This document shows, in pieces, positions 19,945-29,416 of a stretch of DNA of 38,205 nt. A program made the position numbers and the translations under genes. The notes beneath the pieces were generated by a model. It was not told the DNA's origin, made no database searches, and saw only the letters and a list, made by a program, of their open reading frames with translations. Position 1 is the first letter of the stretch. Each line of letters begins with the position of its first letter. The stretch covers positions 11,191-49,395 of the forward strand of contig MFLV01000023.1 in NCBI GenBank assembly GCA_001781435.1, in the 5' to 3' direction. Source of the stretch: Candidatus Kaiserbacteria bacterium RIFCSPLOWO2_01_FULL_51_21 (GTDB lineage: Bacteria; Patescibacteriota; Minisyncoccia; Phycocordibacterales; 2-01-FULL-51-21).

Positions 19945-20529
19945 ATGTACGAAGCGAAGAAATTCAACTTGCCCGAGCTTAAAGGGCTTTCGCAAAAACA
20001 GCTTGAGGTACACCTTGGGCTCTACGCGGGATATGTAAAATTTTTAAACACGCTTGAGCAGGTAATCGTTGATTTGAAAAAAGACGCGGAGAAAAATGCC
20101 TATGTCTTAGGTGAAGTGCAGCGCCGGAAGGGATTTGAATTTGATGGTATGCGCATGCATGAATACTACTTTGGAAGCATGGAGAATGGCGGAAGTGCGG
20201 TTGAGCCGAATGGAGAACTCACTAAGGCACTTGAGAAACAGTACGGAAGTTTTGACAATTGGACGGCAGAATTTAAAGCAACGGGCATGATGCGCGGCAT
20301 CGGCTGGGCAATCCTTTATTACGACCCCATGGGTAAACAATTCCACAACGCCTGGGTTACCGACCACGAACTTGGTCAACTTGCAGGACTTCCCATTATT
20401 CTTGCCATGGACATGTGGGAGCACGCTTTTATGGTGGACTATGTTCCTGCAGAAAAGAAAAATTACATCGAGGCATTTTTCTCAAACTTGAATTGGGAAA
20501 TACTCGAAGAACATTTTAAAGCAGTATGA
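19945..20529 (+). CDS. Fe/Mn superoxide dismutase family protein
   Basis: HLGLYAGY, MHEYYF, DMWEHAF. Confidence 0.9.
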   Translation: MYEAKKFNLPELKGLSQKQLEVHLGLYAGYVKFLNTLEQVIVDLKKDAEKNAYVLGEVQRRKGFEFDGMRMHEYYFGSMENGGSAVEPNGELTKALEKQYGSFDNWTAEFKATGMMRGIGWAILYYDPMGKQFHNAWVTDHELGQLAGLPIILAMDMWEHAFMVDYVPAEKKNYIEAFFSNLNWEILEEHFKAV

Positions 20530-20536
20530 AAAACAA

Positions 20537-20566
20537 AAGGGCCGCCCTGTTGGCGGCCCTTACTTT
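20537..20566. terminator. Bidirectional terminator
   Basis: AAGGGCCGCC-CTGTT-GGCGGCCCTT between convergent genes. Confidence 0.75.
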
Positions 20567-20593
20567 TCCGATCGGTTACCAACTGCGAAATCC

Positions 20594-20995
20594 CTACGGT
20601 TTGCGCTCGCGCGTCGGCAGCGGCCGACTGGTCTCGACAAGCACGCTCCACTCAGACTGGCGAACCATAATGAACTCGTTGGAGTCGAGGTAGTTGCTGA
20701 CCTGATGCTGACATTCGAAAGTATAGCCGATCCGACAACTCACCGTGAGATGGTAGTCATCCACGCGAATTGAATTGCTTGCAACGGATCGTTTATCCTT
20801 CTCGACCTCGGTAAAAGGATCCTCCTTGTGGACCTTAGAAGCCCTAGCTCTTGGGTCCTGCGGTACGTTGTAGGAATTCGGCCCTGGGTAAGGAATAGAA
20901 ATATCGAACCCTCCCGCAGTGCCAAACACCGCAATTCCAATTACGCTGGCGATCAATAGGCCGGAACCTGTGGACACAAGCCGTTTTTCTTTCAT
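20594..20995 (-). CDS. Hypothetical exported or membrane-anchored protein
   Basis: 133 aa ORF with an N-terminal hydrophobic segment. Confidence 0.6.
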   Translation of the reverse strand: MKEKRLVSTGSGLLIASVIGIAVFGTAGGFDISIPYPGPNSYNVPQDPRARASKVHKEDPFTEVEKDKRSVASNSIRVDDYHLTVSCRIGYTFECQHQVSNYLDSNEFIMVRQSEWSVLVETSRPLPTRERKP

Positions 20996-21071
20996 CAGTG
21001 TTCCCCAAAAAATTAAGTAGAGGTTTTCTCTACTCTTCTATTTTGCATGGAATCACAAATAAGATAAAAAG

Positions 21072-22559
21072 TCAATGTCTTGTGGTCCTTGTTTTAAGCC
21101 ATAAAAATGCCGCAAGTGCGGCGTAGAGCAAGACCATGAGCCAGGCGGGGAAATACGGGATGGTGACCGAGGCAAATGGAAGCGAGGAGAAAAGCTCCAC
21201 GATTTTGAGTTCGTAGGTAAGGAGGGCGTAGGAAATAAAAGCGAAGGGCATGGAAAGAATTGTTGAAAGAAATCCCGCAACGCCGGTAAGAAAACCGAAA
21301 AGCATAGTAATGGGAATGAGCGGAAGTATTAAAAGATTTACCAAAAGCCCGACCACGCTAAACTGCCCCGTGTTGTAGAGAAGAAGCGGCAAGACAAACA
21401 ATTGCGTGGCAAGTGTTGCGGCAATGATGGTGCGAAGTCCCCAAAATTTCGGAACGCGCATAATACGCGCTTCAATCCGCGGCGATATTTGAATGAGGCC
21501 GAGCGTTGCGAGAAATGATAATTGAAACGACGGGTCAAAGAGAAGGATGTACGGATTGTGCAGCACCATAAGAAATCCGGTAAGTATGAGTGCGTGTGTA
21601 ATCGCAGAAGTTCTTCCGGTTGCAAGCGCCAAAAGACCGATAAGTGCCATGGCGCCCGCGCGCACCGCGGTGGCGGACGCCCCAACCATAATGACAAAAA
21701 GGACAATTGAGATGCCTCCCGCAATTAAACTGCCGCTTCCGCGTTTTCGCAAAAACATGCCAAAAAACCGCATAATAAAATTCGCAACAATCGTGATGTT
21801 GAAACCTGAAAGAACAACAATGTGAATAATTCCCGTCATTCGAAACGCATCCAGAAGCTCCTTGCCCAATGATTGTTTCGCTCCAACCACGAGACCTCCC
21901 ATGAGCGATGCTTGCGGCTCGGGAATAACGCGCGAAACCCGCGAGAGAAATGAATCTTTAATCGCGAAGAGTGCACGCTTCAAGGGATTGCCGCTGCCCG
22001 CGTTTAGCAAAGAAACTTTTGCAAAACTTATTTGATAAAAAATACCGTCTTTGGCGAGAAACTGCGGATAATTGAACACGCGGCCGGTATCGGTTTCAAA
22101 ACTTTTCGGTTTTTCGAGCTTGCCGATGACTTGCACAAAGTCGCCGTAATGAAATTCCGGGAATCGTGCGGTACCGACAAGCACGGTATCGTGAAGCGCT
22201 TCGGCTCCCACTTTTTCAAACCGCACGGTGAGAAGCGTTTGATTCTCCCGCTCATCCGGCTCCTCAATAATCGTTCCTTCCGCAACTACACTTGAGCCAA
22301 CTTTTGCTTCGAACAAAGGATCCCCTTGACGTATATCCGCGATATTGAGCCGTAGCATCCCGAGTCCTGCCGCAACAAGGCAAATCGTCAGAAACGTTAT
22401 TCTCCCATTCGCACGAATAAGAGAATGGGCGAAAGTAAGCATAACGCCGATAAGAAGAAGAAAAAATGAAAATGACCAGCCTAAATCAACAAAAGAGCGA
22501 AACGCGACGCCTGCGATGAATCCGCCGATAAGCGCATATAACCATCTTTGGTTTTGCAT
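21072..22559 (-). CDS. comEC: ComEC/Rec2 competence channel (OB-fold plus Competence domain, no nuclease domain)
   Basis: TGIIHIVVLSGFNI, GASATAVRAG, DPSFQLSFLAT; many membrane segments. Confidence 0.93.
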   Translation of the reverse strand: MQNQRWLYALIGGFIAGVAFRSFVDLGWSFSFFLLLIGVMLTFAHSLIRANGRITFLTICLVAAGLGMLRLNIADIRQGDPLFEAKVGSSVVAEGTIIEEPDERENQTLLTVRFEKVGAEALHDTVLVGTARFPEFHYGDFVQVIGKLEKPKSFETDTGRVFNYPQFLAKDGIFYQISFAKVSLLNAGSGNPLKRALFAIKDSFLSRVSRVIPEPQASLMGGLVVGAKQSLGKELLDAFRMTGIIHIVVLSGFNITIVANFIMRFFGMFLRKRGSGSLIAGGISIVLFVIMVGASATAVRAGAMALIGLLALATGRTSAITHALILTGFLMVLHNPYILLFDPSFQLSFLATLGLIQISPRIEARIMRVPKFWGLRTIIAATLATQLFVLPLLLYNTGQFSVVGLLVNLLILPLIPITMLFGFLTGVAGFLSTILSMPFAFISYALLTYELKIVELFSSLPFASVTIPYFPAWLMVLLYAALAAFLWLKTRTTRH

Positions 22560-22584
22560 GTATCAAATAGTAAAAATCTTGTTG

Positions 22585-22628
22585 CCAAAACTCAAACTAT
22601 GCGATATATCGCATAGTTTGAGTTTTGG
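22585..22628. repeat. Perfect 44 bp palindrome overlapping the comEC -35
   Basis: CCAAAACTCAAACTATGCGATA|TATCGCATAGTTTGAGTTTTGG; minus-strand TTGAGT-17 bp-TACTAT-7 bp-ATG. Confidence 0.9.
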
Positions 22629-22656
22629 GTGAATAAAAAAAGTTTCTATTCTCTTC

Positions 22657-23085
22657 TCAAGCAGTGCAACCATCCATTGCTCGGTTGGCTAATCTGTCGG
22701 CTTCCTTATTTTGCTCACGGCGAATGTGTGTAAAGACGATATGCGGGAATGCCGAGACACAGAGATTATGAATTTTTATGAACTGCGGAAAAAGCGTCGG
22801 CTCCTTTATTTGATACTTGCCTGACAGCTGCCTGGCCACAAGCTCGCTGTCCATTTTCACCTCAACGCTCATTTCTTTGAGCTTTGCCACACCAAACATT
22901 TTTTTGAGCGCTTCGAGGCCAAGAACTACCGCCTCGTATTCGGCCCAATTATTGGTCTGACGTCCTAAAAATTTTGAAATTTCTTTGAGGATATCCCCCG
23001 CTTCATCCTGAATCACAACACCGATACCGGCTGGCCCCGGGTTGCCGCGAGCTCCCCCGTCAGTGTAGAGAAAGACTTTCTGCAT
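22657..23085 (-). CDS. rnhA: Ribonuclease HI family protein
   Basis: YTDGGARGNPGPAG, TNNWAEY, DSELV, RREQNKEADRLAN. Confidence 0.92.
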   Translation of the reverse strand: MQKVFLYTDGGARGNPGPAGIGVVIQDEAGDILKEISKFLGRQTNNWAEYEAVVLGLEALKKMFGVAKLKEMSVEVKMDSELVARQLSGKYQIKEPTLFPQFIKIHNLCVSAFPHIVFTHIRREQNKEADRLANRAMDGCTA

Positions 23086-23152
23086 GATCTCAAATGTGAC
23101 AATCCTTTTTTGATAGCGTTTCAAAAAAGTCTATTGCGGTTTATCCTCCGTG

Positions 23153-24853
23153 TCAACGGAATTCGAGACCCACGATACGAAGGCGCAACTCCGGAAAATG
23201 CCGAAATGTCGAACGCTCTATTGTCGCGGTGAGGTCAACCTGATTACCCGCTACGAGCGGAAAGATAAAGTCCTCTGGTTTCATAAAAAATCCGATTGCC
23301 GAGATGCTTCTCCCGCCATGCGCAAAGCGCAATTCTAAATGTTTTTGCTCTTTCCCAAATTGACGTACTTCGGCAATTACCACTTTGGGGAAACGAAATA
23401 CCGGCTTCGGATTGCCTTTACCGAAAGGAGAGAGCGAGGCAATTTGCCGGTAGGTCTCCCAGGTAACATCGGCAAGCGAAAGCTCGCCGTCATGGGGAGC
23501 AGAAAGAGGGATTTCCACGCGAACGGAGAGGGCGAGCGCTTCAACGAGATGCACTTCAAGCAGGTGCACCTTTTCCTGCACAACGCTGAATCCTCCGCTG
23601 AATTGGTGTCCGCCGAAGTCTAAGAAAAGATCGCTACGTGCACGCATGAGCTCAACCACATTCACGCTCCCGTCGGAGCGGCAAGAACCTTTAATAGTTA
23701 AATCAGCCTCCCGTCCCCATAAAAAAACCGGCCGGGCGTATTCTTCGGCAAGCGTATTGGCGGCAAGCCCGAGAAGCGCCGGTTTCCAGCGCGGATCTCC
23801 CATAACGATAACGCCACTCACCGCACGATCCTCCATGCGCTTACGGATCTCTTTGACCATACTTGCCACTACCCCCTTGCGCTCATCATTAATACGGTCG
23901 AGGTGCTCCGAGAGTTCATCCGCGGTCGTTTCATCGTGAGTGGTAAGCAGACGAAACGCGTCCATCGGTGCGTCCATGCGCGACGCCGCGTTAATCCGCG
24001 GCACCAGCATGAAGCCGACATCGTCTTCAGTAAGCTCATTTTGCTTCACCTTCATGCGGCGGCACAGCTTCTGGAGGCCGAGGCGCGGAGATCTGCGAAG
24101 CACGACAAGCCCGAAATGGGCAAGCGCGCGATTTTCGCCAAGAAGAGGAACCATATCCGCGAGCGTCCCGAGTCCCGCCATATCGAGAAGCCACTTTTCC
24201 CATCCGGCCGGCACATTAAAATTCCCTCGTGCCATGAGTCCCTGCACCAGTTTGAATGCAAGGCCGCTGCCGCATAATTCCCGAAAGGGATAGGTCTCCC
24301 CTTCTCGATGCGGATTCAAAACGGCATAGGCGTCGGGTAAGCCCGCTTCTCCCGGCAAATGATGATCCGTTACGATAACATCAATTCCAATCTCCCTCGC
24401 ACGCGCAATTGCTTCGATGTCGGTTGTACCGCAATCAACGGTGATGAGCAGTGACGCGCCGCTCTCCGCAAAGCCTTCAAGAGCAGTACTGTTGAGCCCA
24501 TACCCCTCTCTGTGGCGATGCGGGATGTAGTTTGTGAAGCGCGAGTAACCGACACGCTTAAAAAAATCATGGAGGATGACACCGCCGGGGATTCCGTCGC
24601 AATCGTAATCGCTGTAGACCACAATAGTCTCTTCGCTTCGCATTGCGCCGAGGATCCGCGCAACCGCGCGCTCCATGTCTTGCATGAGAAACGGGTCGTG
24701 CAGATCGCGCTCGTAGTCAGGCTTGAGAAACAGTTCTGCGGCTTCCTCAGTAGTAATCCCCCGAGCAAGAAGCAAACTCCGCAGAAGCCGAGGGTACTGA
24801 GCTAACACCATTTCGCCGTCAAACCTTTCGGAGACAGCTTTTTCACTTTCCAT
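23153..24853 (-). CDS. recJ: Single-stranded DNA exonuclease RecJ
   Basis: DYDCDG, ITVDCG, TDHH, PRINA, GSCRS, FGGH. Confidence 0.96.
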   Translation of the reverse strand: MESEKAVSERFDGEMVLAQYPRLLRSLLLARGITTEEAAELFLKPDYERDLHDPFLMQDMERAVARILGAMRSEETIVVYSDYDCDGIPGGVILHDFFKRVGYSRFTNYIPHRHREGYGLNSTALEGFAESGASLLITVDCGTTDIEAIARAREIGIDVIVTDHHLPGEAGLPDAYAVLNPHREGETYPFRELCGSGLAFKLVQGLMARGNFNVPAGWEKWLLDMAGLGTLADMVPLLGENRALAHFGLVVLRRSPRLGLQKLCRRMKVKQNELTEDDVGFMLVPRINAASRMDAPMDAFRLLTTHDETTADELSEHLDRINDERKGVVASMVKEIRKRMEDRAVSGVIVMGDPRWKPALLGLAANTLAEEYARPVFLWGREADLTIKGSCRSDGSVNVVELMRARSDLFLDFGGHQFSGGFSVVQEKVHLLEVHLVEALALSVRVEIPLSAPHDGELSLADVTWETYRQIASLSPFGKGNPKPVFRFPKVVIAEVRQFGKEQKHLELRFAHGGRSISAIGFFMKPEDFIFPLVAGNQVDLTATIERSTFRHFPELRLRIVGLEFR

Positions 24854-24878
24854 CGCCAATTATTGTAACATTGCTATA

Positions 24879-25010
24879 CCCCGTAGTAGATTTTGGCATT
24901 GTCTCTTCGTTGCGACGGTTATTGTAACAGCGGACAGTGAATTTCATTTCGAGTATAGCTGGAAAGCTTTACTTAGAGACAGGGCAACTATGCCAAAATT
25001 CACTACGGGG
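24879..25010 (+). mobile_element. Palindromic mini-element D (132 bp, GTAG/CTAC subtype)
   Basis: CCCCGTAGTAGATTTTGGCAT...ATGCCAAAATTCACTACGGGG, flanked by TATA at 24875-24878 and 25011-25014. Confidence 0.85.
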
Positions 25011-25023
25011 TATACTGTCTCCC

Positions 25024-25392
25024 ATGGAACAAGATTGCGTATTCTGCAAAATCACGCGAGGAGAAATTCCCTCAATAAAAATATACGAGGACGCTGACTA
25101 TCTTGCCTTTATGGATATCCGACCGCGCGCCCCAGGGCACGCCCTGGTCATTCCAAAACAGCACTATCGCTGGGTATGGGATGTTCCGGATATAGGAACC
25201 TATTTTGAGAAAGCGCGTGATGTTGCTCGGGCAATACAGAAAGCGTTCAGCACTGACATGGTTCATTCGAAGGTAGAGGGAGAAGAGGTTCACCATGCCC
25301 ACATTTGGCTTTATCCTGACCCAAAAAATACTCTGGGAAACAAGGACAACCTCGTTGGAAATGCAGAAAAAATACGCACAGCACTCGGTTAG
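25024..25392 (+). CDS. HIT family nucleotide hydrolase
   Basis: [23 protein letters not shown]. Confidence 0.92.
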   Translation: MEQDCVFCKITRGEIPSIKIYEDADYLAFMDIRPRAPGHALVIPKQHYRWVWDVPDIGTYFEKARDVARAIQKAFSTDMVHSKVEGEEVHHAHIWLYPDPKNTLGNKDNLVGNAEKIRTALG

Positions 25393-25455
25393 TTTTTTCT
25401 CTGCTGGTAAGCAGAAGCGGGAGATGAAAATAGAAAGAGCTGCACCGGGAAGCTC

Positions 25456-26274
25456 ATGGGTATGGACACTCTTGAAATAATCAACAAGGAATTGAAGCTC
25501 TCGCGCATTACTCATGCGCTCTTTGATTTTGACGGCACTGTCTCCCTTATCCGTGAAGGATGGCAAAAAATAATGGTCGGGATGATGGTGAATGAGCTCT
25601 TGAAAACTCCTAAGCATGGAGAAAAAGAGGAAGTCGAGCATGCGGTCACCGAGTACGTCAATGAGCTGACGGGAAAACAGACAATGTATCAAATGCTTCG
25701 TTTCGTCGAAGAAATCAAAAAAAGAGGAAGCGAAGCGAAAAATGCCCTCGAATACAAACGTGAGTATCTTCAGTTGATCCGCGAACATACCAAATCCCGT
25801 CTGGAGAATCTTAAAATCGCTTCTGTAGACCCCGATGAATATATGGTGCGTGGGTCCCGTTCTTTTCTTACCTCTCTCAAAGAGAGGAACATTTCCTGTT
25901 ATCTGGCTTCAGGCACTGACGAACCTTTTGTTGTTGAAGAGGCGCGCTTGCTTCGTATTGATTCGCTATTTAAAGAAATATGGGGAGCACAAGATGCCTA
26001 CCTTACGTTCTCAAAAAAGATTGCTATCGAACGCATCCTCAAGGAAGCAAATATTTCTGGAGAAAACCTTGTCGTATTCGGCGATGGATACGTGGAAATG
26101 CAAGAAGCAAAAGCCCATGGAGCGGTCGCAGTCGGCATTGCAAGTAACGAAACGATACGCAAGGGCGTCAACTCTTGGAAACGAGAGAGGCTTATCAAGG
26201 CGGGGGCTGATGTTATCATTGCAGACTTTGCGTCTACAGACGCTCTAGTCTCTTTTCTTTTCTCCGTCTCATAA
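25456..26274 (+). CDS. HAD family hydrolase
   Basis: Motif I FDFDGT, motif II LASG, motif IV FGDG. Confidence 0.88.
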   Translation: MGMDTLEIINKELKLSRITHALFDFDGTVSLIREGWQKIMVGMMVNELLKTPKHGEKEEVEHAVTEYVNELTGKQTMYQMLRFVEEIKKRGSEAKNALEYKREYLQLIREHTKSRLENLKIASVDPDEYMVRGSRSFLTSLKERNISCYLASGTDEPFVVEEARLLRIDSLFKEIWGAQDAYLTFSKKIAIERILKEANISGENLVVFGDGYVEMQEAKAHGAVAVGIASNETIRKGVNSWKRERLIKAGADVIIADFASTDALVSFLFSVS

Positions 26275-26346
26275 GTAACCAGTACCGAGCTTTTTCGATT
26301 ATAGAGTTTGGACTAGAAATTCGGACTAGGAATCAGGAGGTGCCCC

Positions 26347-27357
26347 GTGAGGCAACAACAAACTACCCTACCTTATGCCCGCGTGGCTGATCTTCTCAAA
26401 GAAGCCCGCGAGAAACCCGTCGTCGTCTTAGGCGACGTCATGCTTGACGAATTCGTGCACTGCATGAAGGAAGACTCACCCGAGCCTCCCGGCTTGAAAT
26501 TGTGGGTGACCAACACCGAGTACCGGCTCGGTGGAGCGGCGAATGTCGCCCTTAACATCGCCCGGCTCGGGGGTCGAGCGCTCTTGGTCGGCGTCACGGG
26601 CGACGACGAGAATGCCAAGATGCTGCGCCATAAGCTCGTCGAGCAAGGCCGCTATACCATCGAGGCATTCCTTGTCATCGATCCCTCACGGCCGACCACC
26701 GTTAAGACCCGCTTTCTAAGCGGCGGGGTCGCCCATCTGCGAGTTGACCGCGAGAAGCGTGAGTTCATAAGCGGTCCCGTCGAGAAGCAGTTGAAGGTCC
26801 AGCTCGCCGGCGCGATTGATGAAGTGCTCGGAAGTCCCGGGAGCCTCATCGTATCCGACTACCAGAAAGGAGTGGTAACGGGAGGGTCAGGCAGTTTGTT
26901 CCAACATGTCCTTCATTCTCGTGTCCCGGTCTACGTCGACCCGAAGTACCGGCCCGCGGAGTTCTATCGAGGAGTGGACGTCATCACTCCAAACCTCAAG
27001 GAGGCTTCGGAACTCGTCGGCAGAACCCTCGACACCCCTCAAGAGATCGAGGAAGCCGGACCGGAACTTCTGAAGGCAACCGTGTCAAAAGCAGTCCTCG
27101 TGACGCAGGGCGAAGATGGTATGACCCTCTTCGGGTCATCCGAAGACCCACTTCACATCCCCGCCATACCGGTCAAGGAAGCAGATACGGTTGGCGCGGG
27201 AGATACGGTGATTTCTACCCTCGCGCTTATGCGTGCTGTCGGAGCGACATTTGCCGAAGCAGCGATTATTGCGAACGCGGCGGCAGGCATTGTGGTCAGT
27301 AAAGTCGGCACCGCAACCTGCTCTCCCGAGGAGCTCCTCGCGCAATTCGTGAAGTAA
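26347..27357 (+). CDS. PfkB family kinase, RfaE/HldE domain I-like
   Basis: GDVMLD, GGAANVA.N, SDYQKG, VDPK, TPNLKE, DTVGAGD, N.AAGIVVSKVGTA. Confidence 0.88.
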   Translation: MRQQQTTLPYARVADLLKEAREKPVVVLGDVMLDEFVHCMKEDSPEPPGLKLWVTNTEYRLGGAANVALNIARLGGRALLVGVTGDDENAKMLRHKLVEQGRYTIEAFLVIDPSRPTTVKTRFLSGGVAHLRVDREKREFISGPVEKQLKVQLAGAIDEVLGSPGSLIVSDYQKGVVTGGSGSLFQHVLHSRVPVYVDPKYRPAEFYRGVDVITPNLKEASELVGRTLDTPQEIEEAGPELLKATVSKAVLVTQGEDGMTLFGSSEDPLHIPAIPVKEADTVGAGDTVISTLALMRAVGATFAEAAIIANAAAGIVVSKVGTATCSPEELLAQFVK

Positions 27358-27378
27358 CCTTCCATGCCCTTGTGGCAG

Positions 27379-27415
27379 ACTCTCCCTTGTGGAAACGCAG
27401 GGAGAGTTCTTTTTT
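27379..27415 (+). terminator. Intrinsic terminator
   Basis: ACTCTCCCT...AGGGAGAGT followed by T run. Confidence 0.6.
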
Positions 27416-27499
27416 AATCTATCCCGTGCCCAACCACTTCAATATCGCCGCCGCGATCGATGTTATATTTTCTTTCATAGTTGCCCGCGTATGCATCTA

Positions 27500-28636
27500 T
27501 CAGTTTTTTTCATACAATGCCTGAAGACCCGGCAATGTCCCTTTATACAAAAACTCGAGCATGGCACCACCGCCGGTCGAAACAAACGAAAAGCGGCTCT
27601 CGAGTCCAAGTTTCCCAATTGCCGCAATAGTATCACCCCCGCCGACTACCGAATAGACGCCGCTTGCCGCAATCGCTTCCGCGAGCGCTTCGGTTTGATT
27701 TACAAATCCATGCTCGTAGTTCCCCAGAGGACCATTCCAGAGCACGAATTTCATTTTTGAGAGAAGTTCTGAGACAGTGCTGATTGTTTGAGGTCCTACG
27801 TCCATAATAGTGTCCGAGGGCATCACGTCGCTTATGTTCTTAAGAGTGTTTTTGCCGTTTACTTCAACCACGACAACATCAGAGGGAAGGAGAAGTTTCT
27901 TGTTCCTTAGAATCTTTAAAAAATCGTGTCTCTCGGGAGAGACTCGCGACATTCCAACTTCTTTCCCCTGTGCCTTAAACACATCATTTGCGATGGCGCC
28001 TCCCACAAATACATAATCGTAGCTTTTTAAGAACTTCTCGATGAGCGGTCCCTTTGTTTCAAATTTTGCTCCCCCAATGATACACAGTGAGGGGGAGGGA
28101 GGATGCAGAGCATTTGAAAGTTCGGCAATTTCTTTTTGAAGCTCAAGTCCTGCATAGCTTTGAAGCAGTGTCGGCACCCCGGTGATGGAAGCATGGTTGC
28201 GGTGTGAGACTCCAAACGCGTCGTTTACAAAACACTCGGCGAGCGACGCGAGCTCTTTTGCAAATTGGGGGTCATTTTTTTCCTCACGCGGGTCACTGCG
28301 GAGATTTTCAAGCAATAGTACTTCACCGTTCTTAAGCGCCGCGCGGGCAACCTTCGCCCGAGCACCGAGAATATCCGGAACAAAAGAAATCGGCAAAAAC
28401 TGAGAAAGCGCTTCCGCCACCGGCAACAAGGTGGCTCCGCTACGGCCAAGGTGGCTTACTAAAATAATACGCGCACCGGCCCGCCGCAAAAATTCTATAG
28501 TTTCAAGCGACTGGCGCAACCGAAAAATATCAAGCACGCGCCCGCCCTCAACCGGTACGTTTAAATCAGCGCGAAGAAGCACTCGTTTTCCTTGCAAATT
28601 CTCTGCGGCGCGAATATCGGGCAAAGCCTTAGGCAT
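27500..28636 (-). CDS. pgk: Phosphoglycerate kinase
   Basis: RADLNVP, SHLGR, LLENLR, NDAFG, WNGP, GGGDT, STGGGA; start ATG 28636. Confidence 0.96.
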   Translation of the reverse strand: MPKALPDIRAAENLQGKRVLLRADLNVPVEGGRVLDIFRLRQSLETIEFLRRAGARIILVSHLGRSGATLLPVAEALSQFLPISFVPDILGARAKVARAALKNGEVLLLENLRSDPREEKNDPQFAKELASLAECFVNDAFGVSHRNHASITGVPTLLQSYAGLELQKEIAELSNALHPPSPSLCIIGGAKFETKGPLIEKFLKSYDYVFVGGAIANDVFKAQGKEVGMSRVSPERHDFLKILRNKKLLLPSDVVVVEVNGKNTLKNISDVMPSDTIMDVGPQTISTVSELLSKMKFVLWNGPLGNYEHGFVNQTEALAEAIAASGVYSVVGGGDTIAAIGKLGLESRFSFVSTGGGAMLEFLYKGTLPGLQALYEKN

Positions 28637-29387
28637 TTGAGACGCTCTCAAGAATTTCGTTGAAGCTTTTTGCATCGGTGCTTGCGTGTCCAACAAGAAA
28701 TCCGTCAACATCCCCATAGGTATAAAGCGATGCCACATTATCCGATTCCACTGAACCGCCGTACAAAATAGGCACGCGTTCCGCAATCGAACGATCTATT
28801 ATTTCCGTAAGCGTTTTTCGTATAAAAATAACCGCCTCATGCACCTCTTCCGGCTTCATTGCGTCCGCAGCCGACTTTCCGATCGCCCAAATTGGCTCAT
28901 ATGCAATAAGTACGCGCCGAATCTCCGCACTCGAAAGACCGACAAGCGCTGAGCGAATTTCCTGTCGGAGAATCTCGTGATAGGCGCCCTCTGTATCACG
29001 CTCCGCTTCCCCAATGCAAAGTATTGGCTGCAGTCCTTCGGCAAGAGCGCTGCGAATTTTTTTTGCGACCATGGCCTCATCTTCACCAAGCGCTCGCCGC
29101 TCTGAATGACCGACGATAACATACGCCACCTGAAAAGGGACAAGCATCGAGGCAGACACCTCTCCCGTGTGAGCAACTCCACCCTCTCCGGAAACATTTT
29201 GACTGCCAAGAAACAGTTTTCTTCGCGCGGTGAAGAGGGGAAGAAAAATGACGGGCGGACAAACTACCGTCGTAACATTCCGCGCGCGAGCCGCACTTTT
29301 TTTAGCGGCAGTGAAAAGTTTGAGCGCATCACGCTTTGTGGCGGGATAGCTCTTCCAATTTGCAATAACTATTTTTTTCCGAGCCAT
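28629..29387 (-). CDS. tpiA: Triosephosphate isomerase
   Basis: ANWK, GHSERR, AYEPIWAIG, LYGGSV. Confidence 0.96.
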   Translation of the reverse strand: MARKKIVIANWKSYPATKRDALKLFTAAKKSAARARNVTTVVCPPVIFLPLFTARRKLFLGSQNVSGEGGVAHTGEVSASMLVPFQVAYVIVGHSERRALGEDEAMVAKKIRSALAEGLQPILCIGEAERDTEGAYHEILRQEIRSALVGLSSAEIRRVLIAYEPIWAIGKSAADAMKPEEVHEAVIFIRKTLTEIIDRSIAERVPILYGGSVESDNVASLYTYGDVDGFLVGHASTDAKSFNEILESVSNA

Positions 29388-29416
29388 GTTCGCCTATGAT
29401 AACACGCTCTTTGCCC

